Shown here: piece after piece, positions 41,873-55,251 of the stretch
How the letters are laid out: each line of letters begins with the position of its first letter
Numbering within the stretch: the first letter of the stretch is position 1
NCBI RefSeq assembly: GCF_000150275.1
Contig: NW_002060944.1
Span: forward strand, 1,784,911 to 1,848,910
From: Trichoplax adhaerens
Lineage: Eukaryota > Animalia > Placozoa
Direction of reading: 5' to 3'
Length of the DNA: 64,000 bases
Made by a program: the position numbers and the translations under genes
The notes under the pieces: model-generated
Databases searched by the model: none
What the model saw: the letters and a program-made list of their open reading frames with translations, nothing else
What the model was told of the DNA's origin: nothing

Positions 41873-43937
41873 TAACTTGGAACTTTTCAACTCAGTATGG
41901 CATTATCTTGGTTAGAGCGTATTAAGGCCACGAATAATTTGCCTAACCACTGTATCTCGAAAAAGTGAATTCAAGGATAAAGATTTCGTTGTATATTTAT
42001 GAAAATAATTTTATGTTCTTTTTACCTTTGGTATTAATGAAATACCGAAATTCTACCCAGTGTAATACATATAAAATCAAATATACATAGATGTATATTA
42101 TATAATATTGCCTAATCAATTTTCTGAGATCGTATTGATTCATGGGAAGCCAACAAATGTTTACACGCTTTCGGTATATGATCTGGACGCGTAATTTTAT
42201 ACTGTTTCTAATATTAATGTAACGCTCTACTTCGCTCTGGTAAGCATAAGGATGTTTACTTTAATATCTATTATTAATTTAGAAATGATTGAGGCATTTA
42301 ATAGCCGACTCTATGATGGATTTCGTATGACTCGTCACTCTAACATAAAACACTATATTTTAGCCGTAAGTAACTTTTACGGGTACTTCAACTTACAATA
42401 CAAAAAATAGTAGATGGTTTCGGTGAATTTCATTTCTATTACACTAACTTTAGTTGAAAAGATGTGTAATAATGTAGCGACAATTGATGCGTTCCCGGAA
42501 TTTGTTGTTTGTTTTAACTGTAAATGCTAATTTATGGTATTATGGACGGAAGAAGCAACTCATGATACCTACAAATAGAAATTGCTGCGGTATAAAATAC
42601 CATTCGTACTACACTTAATACAAATTATTAACTTAGTCAATAATTGCACCGTGATGACGTTATTGATGTTGAATGTATGAGCATGATAAGAAACTTAGCC
42701 AGTTTTACTAACAGTTCGTAAATATGGATAGGCCTTATGATTCCTAAGGTCAATTCAGATTAGATCACTTGGTTACTGTGAACAAAGCATTTCTAAACAA
42801 TTAGCTATTACAGAAAATGCTGTTTTATGCATTGCTCTTCTATTCTTGACTAAAGGTGTATATATATATTACAGTACAAGCTCTTTTCCATGATGCCTTT
42901 ACTAAACTGTATCATGTGTAACATCATATTATATCTATTCTGCTGCTCTGAGCTGAAGATCATGAAAATTATTATTTAAGTTCAAATAGCACTCACTCAT
43001 TGATAACAGTTTGCCTTCTATTACGGTTAGGTCCAAATTTTAGCGTGCTAAATTTAAATATGATCTGTGACTGATCATGCAATCTTGGATGATAATTACC
43101 GTACAACAAAATATATCCAACGTAAAGTCACTGGAAATAGTCGTTAGACATACTAACTTTTCTCGCTATTGATAGTGTGGTTACTGTATAAGGAAACAAC
43201 ATTAACATCGGTATAAAATCATATATTCTTAACACGTAATACCGATCAGGCATGATCTTCAACTGTGAGACATTGCAAAGTCATTACATAATTTATTAAT
43301 CTTAAATTATCAAAGATCTCGTTTAATAGCGAATCAAACAGTTTTGCATCGTTTGAAGGCAATCCCTAAGAACTGTCCCGGATATTACAGTATTAATGCT
43401 GTTTGCCCATAGCTTTTAGATTAAAACTTACTTTAAAGTTTAATTTAATAGTGCTTATATACCGCGAAAAGATATGCTACCAATATCATTTCGGTAATTC
43501 ATAGTACTGTACTGATTCGAATTTTTATCGATCATTTAGTAGCTTACTGGTTTCTGTTCTATATTTATAATTCTATAGGTATCTCGCCTTTATGATCAAG
43601 TTTAGGCAGGGTTACATAAAAGTTGCTCAAGTAAGACATCAGTAACCCTTTAAAAATAATTATAATTGCATGATAACGTGAAGAATAGAATTATTTACAG
43701 TTATTAATATAATAAACCATCAACCAATCAAAATTGCTGCAATCCAAACATTACAGTCTTGTAAATAAAATTTGGATATAGAAAATCTTATCTCTCAGTA
43801 TTACAGTAATACTGAACACATACACAATATCTTGCAATCATCGATCTTCTGAAAAGGTTTTCGCATTGTAAAGTAACCCAGAATGACATCGTTATCAAGT
43901 GTGATGCACCGTAACAATATTTATAACATTGGGTGTT

Positions 43938-46900
43938 TCAAGCTATGGCTTGATTTCCGTTTATCTCATCCACGCTATCTGTACCGTCAGGACCTAATGA
44001 TCATAATTATTATTAGAAGTACGTAGATAAAATATTAGAATTACACTAGTAAAAACGTTCACTATTTCTAAAGACATAAGCAATACAAATTTATAAATTA
44101 ATACACCTACCTTTAATTAAAGGTTCTTCATCTTCAGCATTTATTACAGTGGTCATACGTATGCTTTGCTTAGTTTTGTAGGTCAAATAGGTAATAAAAA
44201 ATAACCCAGAGCTGAGCAGATAGAGCCCTGGAAATAGTAGTATCAGAGCCGTCCTCAAACTTGTGCTTGTAGCAATAGGGGGAATCAGTAAGGGCATTAG
44301 TCCACCTACACAAAACATATCTGTACATTAGTGCCTACACGAGTTGAAACGAGATCATACGGACAAAAGAATATCATTCTTTTACTATTTTATGCCAAAA
44401 GAAAACTCATTCTTAATTTTATGCTACTCTTTACATTATTATTCGGAGAAATGACTAAAAACTACTTACCAATATTAGTAATGATGAAAAGGTAAATGGC
44501 TACTGCTACCGTACGAATATTACTTGGCACCACCTCAACTATAACTGCTAGGGTAACGCCAATCCACATTTCACCAATAATATTACTAGGTATAAGGGCA
44601 ATAAAAGCCCAGGGAGGCGGTAAAAGTAGAGTTAAGAGAGCGAATGGTGAAGCTACAGCCTAAAACACAAAAGTGAGAAGGCTGTCATCGAATTCTTGAC
44701 AAACAAAAATTTATCACCTCGAGATACATTATATCAATTGAAGATTTGTTTGACGTTATCCATTAAAGCTACCTGGCTCATAATTAGAACCCACAGACGT
44801 GCGCTAAGTCCCCGAGAACCGACCAACCGATCAGAAATGAATCCACCAAAAAATGCTCCTGCAGAACCACCAATTAAAGGAATCCAAGTTAGAAAGTCTG
44901 CGACTACAACACGCGGGTAGTACTTGTTGAAATATGGCTTCGTATTGTATGCCCATACATATCCCCCAGCATTTCTAACTGAGCCAGCAAGGATGAGCAT
45001 CAGCAGCGTTCGATCTGCGAACGGTTGTAATGCTACAAACAAATAACCGCATGTATAAGTATTAACGCAATATCTGAAATCTGGTAAGAGATATTCTACT
45101 CCACTTAAACTTAAATAAAACATTAATACACGCCTAGTCTCAGCCTTTCCCACGTAAATCTTGGGCTGTCGCTAATTTCGTTTCGCCTAGCCGGCTCTTT
45201 GACGGTAAATATAAGCAATAAGAATATCAAAACACCAGGGATAGAGGCCAGCCAGTAAACCCATCTCCATCCTTGATTTATGATATTTGCTCTAACAACA
45301 AAATCGCCCAATGCATATGATATACCGTAGCCAGTATAAATCCCCCAGTTATAAATACCAATGGCAGAAGCACGTAAATTCTATTGAGTTAATTGAAAAC
45401 AGGAGTTGTTACAAATTAATATACCTGTATACACTGCATGCGTATTTAATACGGTAAAAAAGAATTCACTAGTCACATATAATATTATAAGGTTCAGTTA
45501 TTACGACTTAATAGTTCCGCCTTACAGATTAATACAAACTACAGTATACTCCCTTACCACAGGAAAATAATCGGCAATTAGGCTTGTAGCGAATGGTGTA
45601 CAGCCTGCTTCACTATAGGATCATGACAAGATCAAAATGTAAGTATAATAATACTTCCAACATAGAAAGAATATCATCTTACTTACCCGATTCCTACACC
45701 GAATCTTAATAAAAGAAGTTGCCAATAATGTTTCGAAAATCCTGTTAGGAAGGTCATCACACTCCAAAAAAGTAAACAAATCGCCAATAGGTTTCGCCGG
45801 CTAGTTACATCAGCCGCAATTCCAAGAGGAATTCCAGAAATAGTGTAAATTACTTTGAAACAAGAGATAGCGTCTCATCATTATTTCAATAATCTTTATA
45901 ACTCAAAATTAGCTACAACTAGATAAAACTTTAAATTGTAACAGACTTAATAAAGTAGCCATCTACTTCCTCTGCTTAAGAATTTTTAGTCATTGAAGAA
46001 CTAAAATCTTCAAGTCACTACAGCGGTAAATTGTCCTACTGTATATTACATCCTGTGTCATCACCGTAACGGTTTCTAAGTATCTCGATAGGTAACGCTA
46101 TAAATTGATTTTATCACTAATCTACTTGCATAACCTTTACTGTAATTGCACGATGCGATAGCTGCTATATCTTTGTATTATACTAGCGCAGTGTTCAAGC
46201 GTATGCAATGAAAATGTATTATGCCTAGTTTCTGGGTAATGATGACAACGGGCTTAAACAAGGGATCAAGTCCATGATTTTAGTGTATTTTTCATTAGCA
46301 GACTAAATGTGAATCATTAATCTGCTTAATTTTACCTTGAGCTTGGCTATCTGTAACTTCGTTTGATGCGCTTGATATACTTGCTACTTTACTACAGCGT
46401 TTTACAACAAGTACAGTATACTATCGATCTCACATTATTGCAGTACACAGTAATATTTCATTTATGTATATTATATTATTAAGATAAGGAAGTCATAGAT
46501 CTATCTAATACGGTTTAATCACTCGTTTGTCACCGTTTCGTTCTGATATTGAAATGTGTAACTGTATAGCCGATTCCTTGCGATGGAGTCAAACTTTACA
46601 TAATCGACATAGTACATTTTATCTAGCGACTAAATTGGTGCCGTGCAGTGCCATAAATTTGATAATGTAATATGCCAATCCGAAATAACTGCAGGGCTAA
46701 CTAGTGTGTTGCAGTTAGCGTTAATTACAGTAAATTCTTGTGCATTACCTATAAAAACTGGTCCAGCTAGGAGTTGATACAATTCTCCTTGTCCGTTAAA
46801 GTCGTATTTGCAAACGCGGTAACCACTAGGGGAGATAATTTCATGACATCTACTCGGAATCGATTCCCGATCCATAGATGTTTCATCATATTTCATTATT

Positions 46901-47248
46901 CATAACAAATATCATATTTTTAACATTAATTTAAATCTTCTTGTATTATATGATTATAAATACTGTATAAACCGCAAGTAACTAACAGTCAAGAGAAACT
47001 TACATCGCTTCTGCTTCTGCAACAGGGAGCGTTCTGTTAATTGTACACGACGTGTTTCCAACTTCTGCGATACTATACGACATATTCAATAAGCAGTCTT
47101 TATCTCCCCAATGCATATCCTGTGCAATATACATTGACGTTACACCGATCGCATAGCGATCTAATTGATTAAGAAGGTACGTCAAAAGGAGCACGACCAA
47201 AACATACACTGGATACCATCCAATACCGCGTAGTAAAGATATCGACAT
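43938..47248 (-). CDS. Major facilitator superfamily transporter, Spinster-like (multi-exon)
   Basis: TM1 YVLVVLLLTYLLNQLDRYAIGV, GIPLGIAADVTSRRNLL, GWRWVYWLASIPG...VKEPAR, GGFISDRL. The last exon (43993-43938, GPDGTDSVDEINGNQAIA*) joins in phase after EDEEPLIK. Confidence 0.88.
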
Positions 47249-47499
47249 TTTATTTCTTTTTCATTAAAGTGTTCCAATGATATACTGTATAATTTTTATT
47301 TTTAAACGGTTTACTGACTTTACTTTATACCTTGTATCAAAACGTACGGTTAAAAGCTAATTGATTCAGTGATCATTAAAAACGTAATCCAGTTAGAAGC
47401 TGACCTTAAATGAGGATCAGCTTTAATAAAAATTCACCCGATAAAGTGTTTTCCTGAACCTTTTTATCACTAAAAATGTAAAATAAATAAATTACATTA

Positions 47500-47972
47500 C
47501 CGTACTGTACTGTACAAGACAATGAAATTTTCATATCGGAGTACAGTACAGTACAGTACTGTACTGTACAGTACTTAGTCCGCTGCTGGATTTGAAGCAC
47601 ATACAGTACTGTACAGTACTGTAACTAATGAAGTTTTTTATTGAATCATTTCGCGTACTGTACTGTACAGTACATACTGTAGAGTTAAGGAAGATACTCC
47701 AAAAACTAATGGCGTAAAGTACAGTGTACAGTACAGTACTGTACAGTACTTTTCCATCTAAAAATCCGAAAGAATTAGTAAATACTACAGTACAGTACTG
47801 TACAGTACTGCAAACAGTGCACAGTATACGGTACAGCACAGTACTGTACTGTACAGTACATTATAACTACAGTATGAATACTGTACTGTACTGTACTGTA
47901 CAGTACTGTATGCCTTAACTATTCTTGAGTAGATAGTTGAATACTGTACTGTACTGTACTGTACAGTATACA
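47500..47972. repeat. GTAC[A/T] pentamer array 5, upstream of the MFS gene and of the small + strand gene
   Basis: Example: GTACAGTACAGTACAGTACTGTACTGTACAGTAC (47541-47574). Satellite patches at ~48256-48280, ~48430-48452 and ~48610-48631. Confidence 0.95.
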
Positions 47973-49537
47973 AAAAATTCAGCCCGCTAGCTCACATGTT
48001 GGTGTAAATACGGTATTTTTGCATTAGTTTAAGTCCTAGTTTTTCCTTTTTCTTTATCTAAAGAGAAAATAAACATGCTGAGCATGTACAGTATAACAGT
48101 ATATTAAAAAAAGATATTTCTAAAGAGACGGAAGTCCTTGCTAAAAAGGTGCTACCGTTTACTGAGCCCACTAAATACCAATGAACTCGACATAAAGTTC
48201 TACTCAAGAAATACCAATCAGTGTCATGATCATTGTTGGTGCAGAAATATCACTCACAGTACGGTACAGTACTGTACTGTAATTCTAGGAATCACCTTCC
48301 ATTTGCACCTGCTAGCTCGTAACAATGCTCACCATGACAATAATTGAATGTTTTATTTATTTATTCATTGACAAACTACGTAAATGTGACCAATCCCATT
48401 GTTAATCCTAAATTCGGATATTGCCATCACTGCACAGTACTGCACAGTGTACATACACAATTGTGCACATAGTGTATTTTTAAAAGAGCATATCATTATA
48501 AAACAGGCTTGTCCAGCATTTATTACAGGAGACTATAATTCATTCAATCAAATTGTTAATATGCTGTAATTGTGTAGAATAGTATGATCGATAAAATATT
48601 GTAAATTAAGTACGGTACCATATAGTACAGTATATGGCAAACAAAGACAAAGAAATTTATACCAAGGCATGAACGTAAACGTAGACGAAGCATCGTGTAA
48701 CTCGACAATTTTTTTACCCTCTTAGGCCCTCTCTATATACTTTGAACAAAGTTACCGTATCCGTTTCATATTCCACTTATTCATGAGATTCGAATATATG
48801 ATCTATTAATATACCGTAGGCCATGCAGTATCCTGTTAATATGCAACGCTTATAAAATATGGCATTTGATCTATACTGGAGTAACGTCACGGCATGTACG
48901 AAATCCGTGCCGCCTTTACCTAATAAACTGGACCCTTGACTCTCTGGTTAACTAAAATTATACACGTCTATGTTATTAAAATTCGTTCTACAGAGGTACA
49001 GTACTATAGTGTAATGATAATAACTGCCTATTTAATTGTATATACGCGTATGAGGGCTGATATTAATTAATAGATGCTTTATCCTTACATTCAAATGAGG
49101 CATGTAACTTCTAATACAGAAATTTTCTTACTTTAGGATTAAACTTCTAAAGACAATCAACTAGAATATGATAAAAGCAGTAACATTGGAATCAATCCTA
49201 GCTGAGGCTTTAACTAAAAGTCTACTTATAGTTATCCGACGTGAAATGGATCTGGCTATAAATTAAAATTACAAACCACAGTTTTACTTAAAACGCTTAC
49301 CGCAAAAACGTGACTTTCGGTTAAATAGTATCCACCAATAATTAATTGCATCACTGCATTGTTTATTAAAACAGTATCAGTGCTTAAGATATAGTTTCAA
49401 AACTAAAGCAATTTACAATGATATAAACTCGTCATCAATCTGACACAGATTTTACATTCTAGGCTGTTATAGTAATATTTTCAGTATTTCATAAATTTTA
49501 TGCAATATCATACAAGTATCTTTCCTGTATTTCTGAA

Positions 49538-50272
49538 ATGGTATTGGATACAACAGCAGCAATAGCTGCGGTGATTATTTTATACGCTATGCTTATCTCC
49601 GATGTTCTTATTGATGGTCTGAGAATATTATCAACGAAATCATTGAATTCTAGCCGTAAAAGAAGGATTTACACAAGGTCAATTCCAAGCAGGCGCTAAT
49701 ATTATTACCTAAAGTGGAGATACAAGCCTAAATTTAGATATTTTTAATTAATTTTTATCGCCGAATTCACTCTATCAAAGAATTTAGATGGATTTGCACA
49801 GTAGCATATGACATCAGTACACTAAGTAATACAGTATGATGTTGTCTCTTTCTCATTCCTGAATCAACCTTCATATATGCATGTACAACTTAGGTATTCA
49901 TAAAGTCAACGACATCACTCCATAAAAACTCGATAATCTTAGATTCTAAAATATCTCCAATTTAAGATAGCATTTGACTCTTCTAAAGTAATTAATCCTA
50001 GATGATGTCGATCAGTGACGTTATCAAAACTGGCAATTTCTAAGTTGCATGATGACATAATCTCGTAAAATTTGCTATGATATTAACGAATTATTTCGCT
50101 TTTTCCTATTCTTAGGCGTTTTAAGAGGCGGCCGGTAATAATTATGCAACCAAAACCGAAATCCGAATCTTTATTAGCTAAACTATGCGGCAGAAAGTGC
50201 TATCAGCATGAATCGATGAGGCAAAGATCATCCAACAAAAGGCATTATGTTAGATTCGGCACGGCCGTTTAA
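49538..50272 (+). CDS. Putative small secreted protein / peptide precursor, 98 aa, exons 49538-49677 and 50116-50272 (absent from the ORF track)
   Basis: Donor AAG|GTCAAT and a strong acceptor TTTCGCTTTTTCCTATTCTTAG|G join in phase 2 to give MVLDTTAAIAAVIILYAMLISDVLIDGLRILSTKSLNSSRKRRIYTRRFKRRPVIIMQPKPKSESLLAKLCGRKCYQHESMRQRSSNKRHYVRFGTAV*: a hydrophobic N-terminus plus several multibasic sites. No homology recognised. Confidence 0.5.
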
Positions 50273-50518
50273 AAGTACTTAAAATGTGTTCGAATAATTG
50301 CGCAAAATATTGACGTAATAACGATAACATAAACAAATTTTTAAACAAGCATAGTACATAAAATTTGTATAGAATCACGATTTTTATCAATTTTATAAAA
50401 ATTTTATAAGATCTAATTAGTTGAAAAATGGGCTGCGATGGTGATCTACTCTTATGGATATATACGTACCAATTATAATATCCTTAGATCTTCATCAACC
50501 TGGACTGCTCAGGAATAA

Positions 50519-53500
50519 TTAATTTTTTTCACCGTCAAGTAGTGCTTGGATCTGTGAGAGTAAAGGTGTTGATACTTATCATTGAATATCTTACGTGAAA
50601 TCAAGGTTTTCCATCTCGGTCTCACTACAAAATGTACAGTTATATGCTAACAAAAAGGAAGAAATTACGAAAAGCCAAACTTTCATTTCATAAAACTGTA
50701 TTAATAGCATCCATAACCGTAATTTGCTGTTCAATGTCCTGTGTCATCATGTTTGTATCTTGTTCGAAGTATTACACTTTTGTATGTAATGAATTTCTAT
50801 TTATGTTTATGTTGTAGTTCATGTTATAATACGAATGCAATATCGTTAACTTTATACAGCGCTTTCGTTAATATAACCAATATAGGAGTAGGTTATAATG
50901 TTAATCAACAATAAAGGAAAGTGCAAATGAACTACGTAAGTCATTAAATTTAAAGATTAAGTCTTATAATCCCTAGGCAGCTTCTTTACCTTTTTTAAAG
51001 TATTCGATTGAAAAAGCAGTAATTGCTTTTCTAATTTTAAATATTCTTTCCTCAAACTTTTCTGTCTTTCAATCAAATCTGTCATGATACCAACATCATT
51101 CTATAGGTATAAATCATATGGTAATATAAACTTAATTCATTATTACCTAAATTGACCAGAAAGCAAATGCAAGATATATATTTTTATTTACTAACTGTAT
51201 CTATGCTAGTCATTACAAATTAAAAACTGCTTTTACAGGACATACTTTTATTCTTTCTACTTCAGGAGAAGTTACATCTTCGTCGTCACTTCCTATACCA
51301 ATCATATATCTACGACGATTAAAATAATGACAGAGCCATAAAATAAGCAGTAAAAGATATTCGGGCAGTTTTTAACTTCATGTAATAGTAATAACAAAAC
51401 CGAGAAATACCTTTCAAACTCTTCTGTTGTCATTGATAATTGATCAGCTTGCAGGTTATCAATAAAAGCTACAGCACAACACTAATAATGAAAACAATCG
51501 TAAATAAGGACCTTAATTTCAATATGGGAAAGTTAACTTACTAAGTTTGTAAAGTAATAACCCGCTTCGCCTGAATTAAGTCTAAGTGCGTTCGTAAATC
51601 GCATGATATATCTAAATCGTAAAGACATGGAGTTTAATTCAGCTATCATAAAAATTAGCAATTAGGCCAGCTAAGATGCGTACTGAATATCAGATTGAAG
51701 ATTTATCGGGTTTGCTTTGATTAAAACGTAAATTAACGCAGGTAGAAATACATCAGCATTAACAGACGTTGCAGAGCATACTTGAAGCATAGCTTTGAAT
51801 TAGTTAAGGAAAAATATCACATCAACCGAATTATCGAAATTTCGTAAAATGCAGCAAGAAACACAAATCGTAGGATACAAATCACCGTACGACAACATTT
51901 AGTGTTGCATGATAGCTTATCCTCAGGCGCCAAACTTGAATGCATTCTAGATATTTCTGTAGAAAAAATTTATATTTATTTATTTATATTTGATTAATTG
52001 AATTAACACGATTTATTAAACGAAAATCATTGAACCTTGTATTGCTTTGCTTAGTAGAGTCGCTACTTCCACGTTATCAAGAGTGACCTCTAACTCGAGG
52101 TGCCTCAAAGTTATCCATTGGAAACTTTCTATTCGTTCTTTGATTAAATCATTTTTTATTTGATCTTCGGAGTCTTTCTGGTTATACAAACTAAGAAAAT
52201 AGGAGTCACAATAAATTCTCGTGACGGCATACGGCAAAAGATTTTCAACAAATGCTTAGGGAACTCTTACTATTTATAAAGAGAAACTGTCAAAAATTTC
52301 TCGATCTTGTCCATCATTAGAGATGTATCACGTAGTCCTTCGAATCGTTCCAAAAGTTTCTATAAACATTCTTCAGAGTTAGACATAACTTACTTTCTAA
52401 GATTATTTTAACTGTATCCACCTCCGCTAACGCTAAGGAAGAATACGAAATTATTACAATACTGTATAGGGCTAAGAAAATTAGTAACCTGATAAAATGA
52501 TTGTATTAATTCACTTTTTTGTTCTATTCCTAAGCTGTCTTCCTTTATCTTGGTACTTGTACTTGAAGAATGATTTTAAAGTTTTAAGGTATGCTTTCAT
52601 TCGAATTTTAATTTAATATTTCGATGATAAACATAATATTTACACTGTATATTGCTGGAAAACCTCGGTGAATACAGAAGAATCACAAATGTTACTTCGC
52701 AAGAATTCTTGCAAACGGCGACTTGCAGCAATAGCTTCCGCTGGAAAAATATTAGCAGCACATTAAAAAATTTTGTTCACGGAATACTACGACAGATTAA
52801 ATAAATGCACAGGGTAGTATAACAACTCAATATAGCTAAGATTAAAACATGGGATAATTTTTCATGCCACTGATGATAAAATATCAAAATACTTTTGTAA
52901 TAATAATGAATTCGATTTTACCTACTAATACGGACTAATACTTTCTAAATGAGTAGCATCAAAAGAACACGCAATTACTCTATTACATGATCTAAATTTC
53001 TGCGAAACTTGTTTCAACCATTCGCATACTAGATACCTCCGTAGCGTAACCTACTAAACATTAATTTATAAATATTTTAATATTAGAACTTACTAGCAAC
53101 AGAATTATTATGTTCCGGAGTGTTCTTCTTCACAGCTTTCGAGGTCGTCATGCTATAAAATCCGTCATATCAATCTCCACAGATATTTGATATTGATTAC
53201 ATTTATACTATATACAAGGTATTATTGCAAAGTGCGCTATAATAAACGAACGAATTGATCCAATTCATTCTTCAACTCTGTTGATACTATACTTAATTTA
53301 AATTTCCAAAATTACATTAATATTTTAGGTCTAGTACAGTACGAGCTTAATAATGATAATAAATGCTGAAAGATCATATAATGAGCTAGTTTAATAACCT
53401 TCGCTTTCCATCCAAAGATAATCCAGATGCCTTTTCTAACTTATTAATTAGGCTAAAGCTCCTGTTCTTATTAGGTATCGTTTCGGCTTAATTTGTCATG

Positions 53501-54821
53501 CAACAAATATTGTCAAAGTTAGACTCAGAATTATCGGAATATGTTTCTGATTTTTTAGTCTGAAATAACCTACAATTTATCATGATTTACAGTTAATTAA
53601 AAGCTTGCAAACAAACTACACTATAATTTTACGGTCACTTTTATATTACATTGTATAGGCAATAGCAATTAAACATCTTGCCCTAAAAATACCACTATTC
53701 ATATCTCACTGAATGTAATGTATTGTAAACTGCTGTAAATTACCCTCGCAAATGTCATACGAAAACTATCCCGAACTAAAGAACAGATATAACATGGCAA
53801 AGTTTACGCCTAAGTACACGCATACCCATTACCTTTAATACTGTTATTTATATGATTCGATTCATCTTTCTTATTAGTTATCGGATATTTGGTATCGGGT
53901 AAAGATTTAGCTTTTTGGATCTTGTAACATTGTGAACAATAACCATCCCAAGAAGGATTACCATAGTAGCTACATCTAGTGGCATGTGCACGTAACAGCT
54001 TCCCATCAATATCAAGATATTATAGGCATTGAGTTTACACAAATAAGATAGATATATGTGCAGCATAAGAAATAGCAATTAAGCAGATGCCAAAAACTGC
54101 GCAATATTTTAATCCGTATCTGAGAAATATTCTGCCATCTGCGTTTATCGAGTTCAAGTATTAGTTCAGAAATATGGTAACGAAAATCGGGTATTAGTAC
54201 TATATTTTCTTACAATTGAATTTAAAACGAGCGTTACATTTACGCTAACTTAGTTTACTGTTAAATATCGAATGCTTAGAGTTATGATACAAATACGCAC
54301 TGTATCCACGTTGAGAAGGTTACATATTATCATTAGAACTATCAATTTCTTCCAATCTATAACAGTAGCTTAACAGATAGCTTTAACGCTAGCTGTGCGA
54401 GATCAGCCAACACAACATCAAAATTAACATCTACAGTACGTAAAACTATTTTTCTGCATACTGTAATGGCTTTAATTTTCTTACAACTAAGATATTTGTC
54501 CTACTAGCAGTAAAATTATTGGACTACCTCGGTGCCTCGATTCTAATCACTGATATATTTCTGAATTATATAATGCTACCTTTCATATTAGTATAGTATT
54601 TAAAATGCTGTACGAACAAATGAAGACTTGCTAAATCAAAATACTGTACAGCTTCATTAATATACGTAAGTCACCGTATTTCAACAGATAAAAGTTTACC
54701 CATTTTTGCATTTAACGCTAAAATAGTTCCAGCTTCGTCTGTTTAATTTCTTAGCCGAATTGTCTTGGCTAATCTTTGAAGATCTTAAGCTCGACGTATT
54801 GCTCTCTGACTCAGAAGCCAT
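50519..54821 (-). CDS. RABGEF1: Rab5 GDP/GTP exchange factor Rabex-5 (A20 zinc finger + VPS9 domain)
   Basis: A20 ZnF KCKNG|CSYYGNPSWDGYCSQCYK; VPS9 region IESFQWITLRHL, APEDKLSC, NADVFLPALIYVLIKANPINLQSDIQ|YIMRF...GEAGYYFTNL|CCAVAFIDNL; C-terminal coiled coil. The last exon (50551-50519) is inferred. Confidence 0.92.
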
Positions 54822-54825
54822 TTTT

Positions 54826-55147
54826 CTACTGTACTGTACAGTAGCTTTGACTGCACCCTAAAAATGTTAAAACACTGTACAGTACAGTACACTCAGTGTA
54901 CAGTACAGTATACTGTATACGCAAGTACAGTACTGTATTGTACTGTACAATACAGCAAAGTACTGTACACTGTATGTACAGTACCACGGGAGATCTACTG
55001 CACTGTACTGTACAGTACAGTACAGTACAGTACACAGTATACAGTACATACAGTACTGTACAGTACAGTACGGTGATGTTGCTCCATAGACTACCAGAAT
55101 ATTCTAAAATCTCAATCACACACTGTACTGTACTGTACAGTGTACAA
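54826..55147. repeat. GTAC[A/T] pentamer array 6, filling most of the RABGEF1/CCDC57 divergent gap
   Basis: Example: CTGTACTGTACAGTACAGTACAGTACAGTAC (55003-55033). The array begins 5 bp from the RABGEF1 ATG. Confidence 0.95.
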
Positions 55148-55251
55148 TTTAAATGATTTGGTATGTGGTAGGCGTTTAGTAAATAGTAAGTATGTTATTG
55201 ATGTTATACATCAATGAATAGTGGACAGTCTACGTTGTACAAGTGCTGGAC

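Noticed and set aside
44091-44110. MFS C-terminus 'GRCINL*' from the ORF track
   Set aside because: A strong donor AAG|GTAGGT at 44110 splices in phase to a further exon at 43993-43938.
47500-47972. Repeat-spacer-repeat layout of the arrays as a CRISPR-like locus
   Set aside because: Repeat tracts and spacers vary widely in length, the unit is a 5-mer, the DNA is eukaryotic with spliceosomal introns, and there are no cas-like ORFs.
49498-50058. Minus-strand exon-like frames (EFNDFVDNILRPSIRT..., MSSCNLEIASFDNV...)
   Set aside because: They do not join into a continuous ORF, have no recognisable homology, and overlap the better-supported + strand spliced model.
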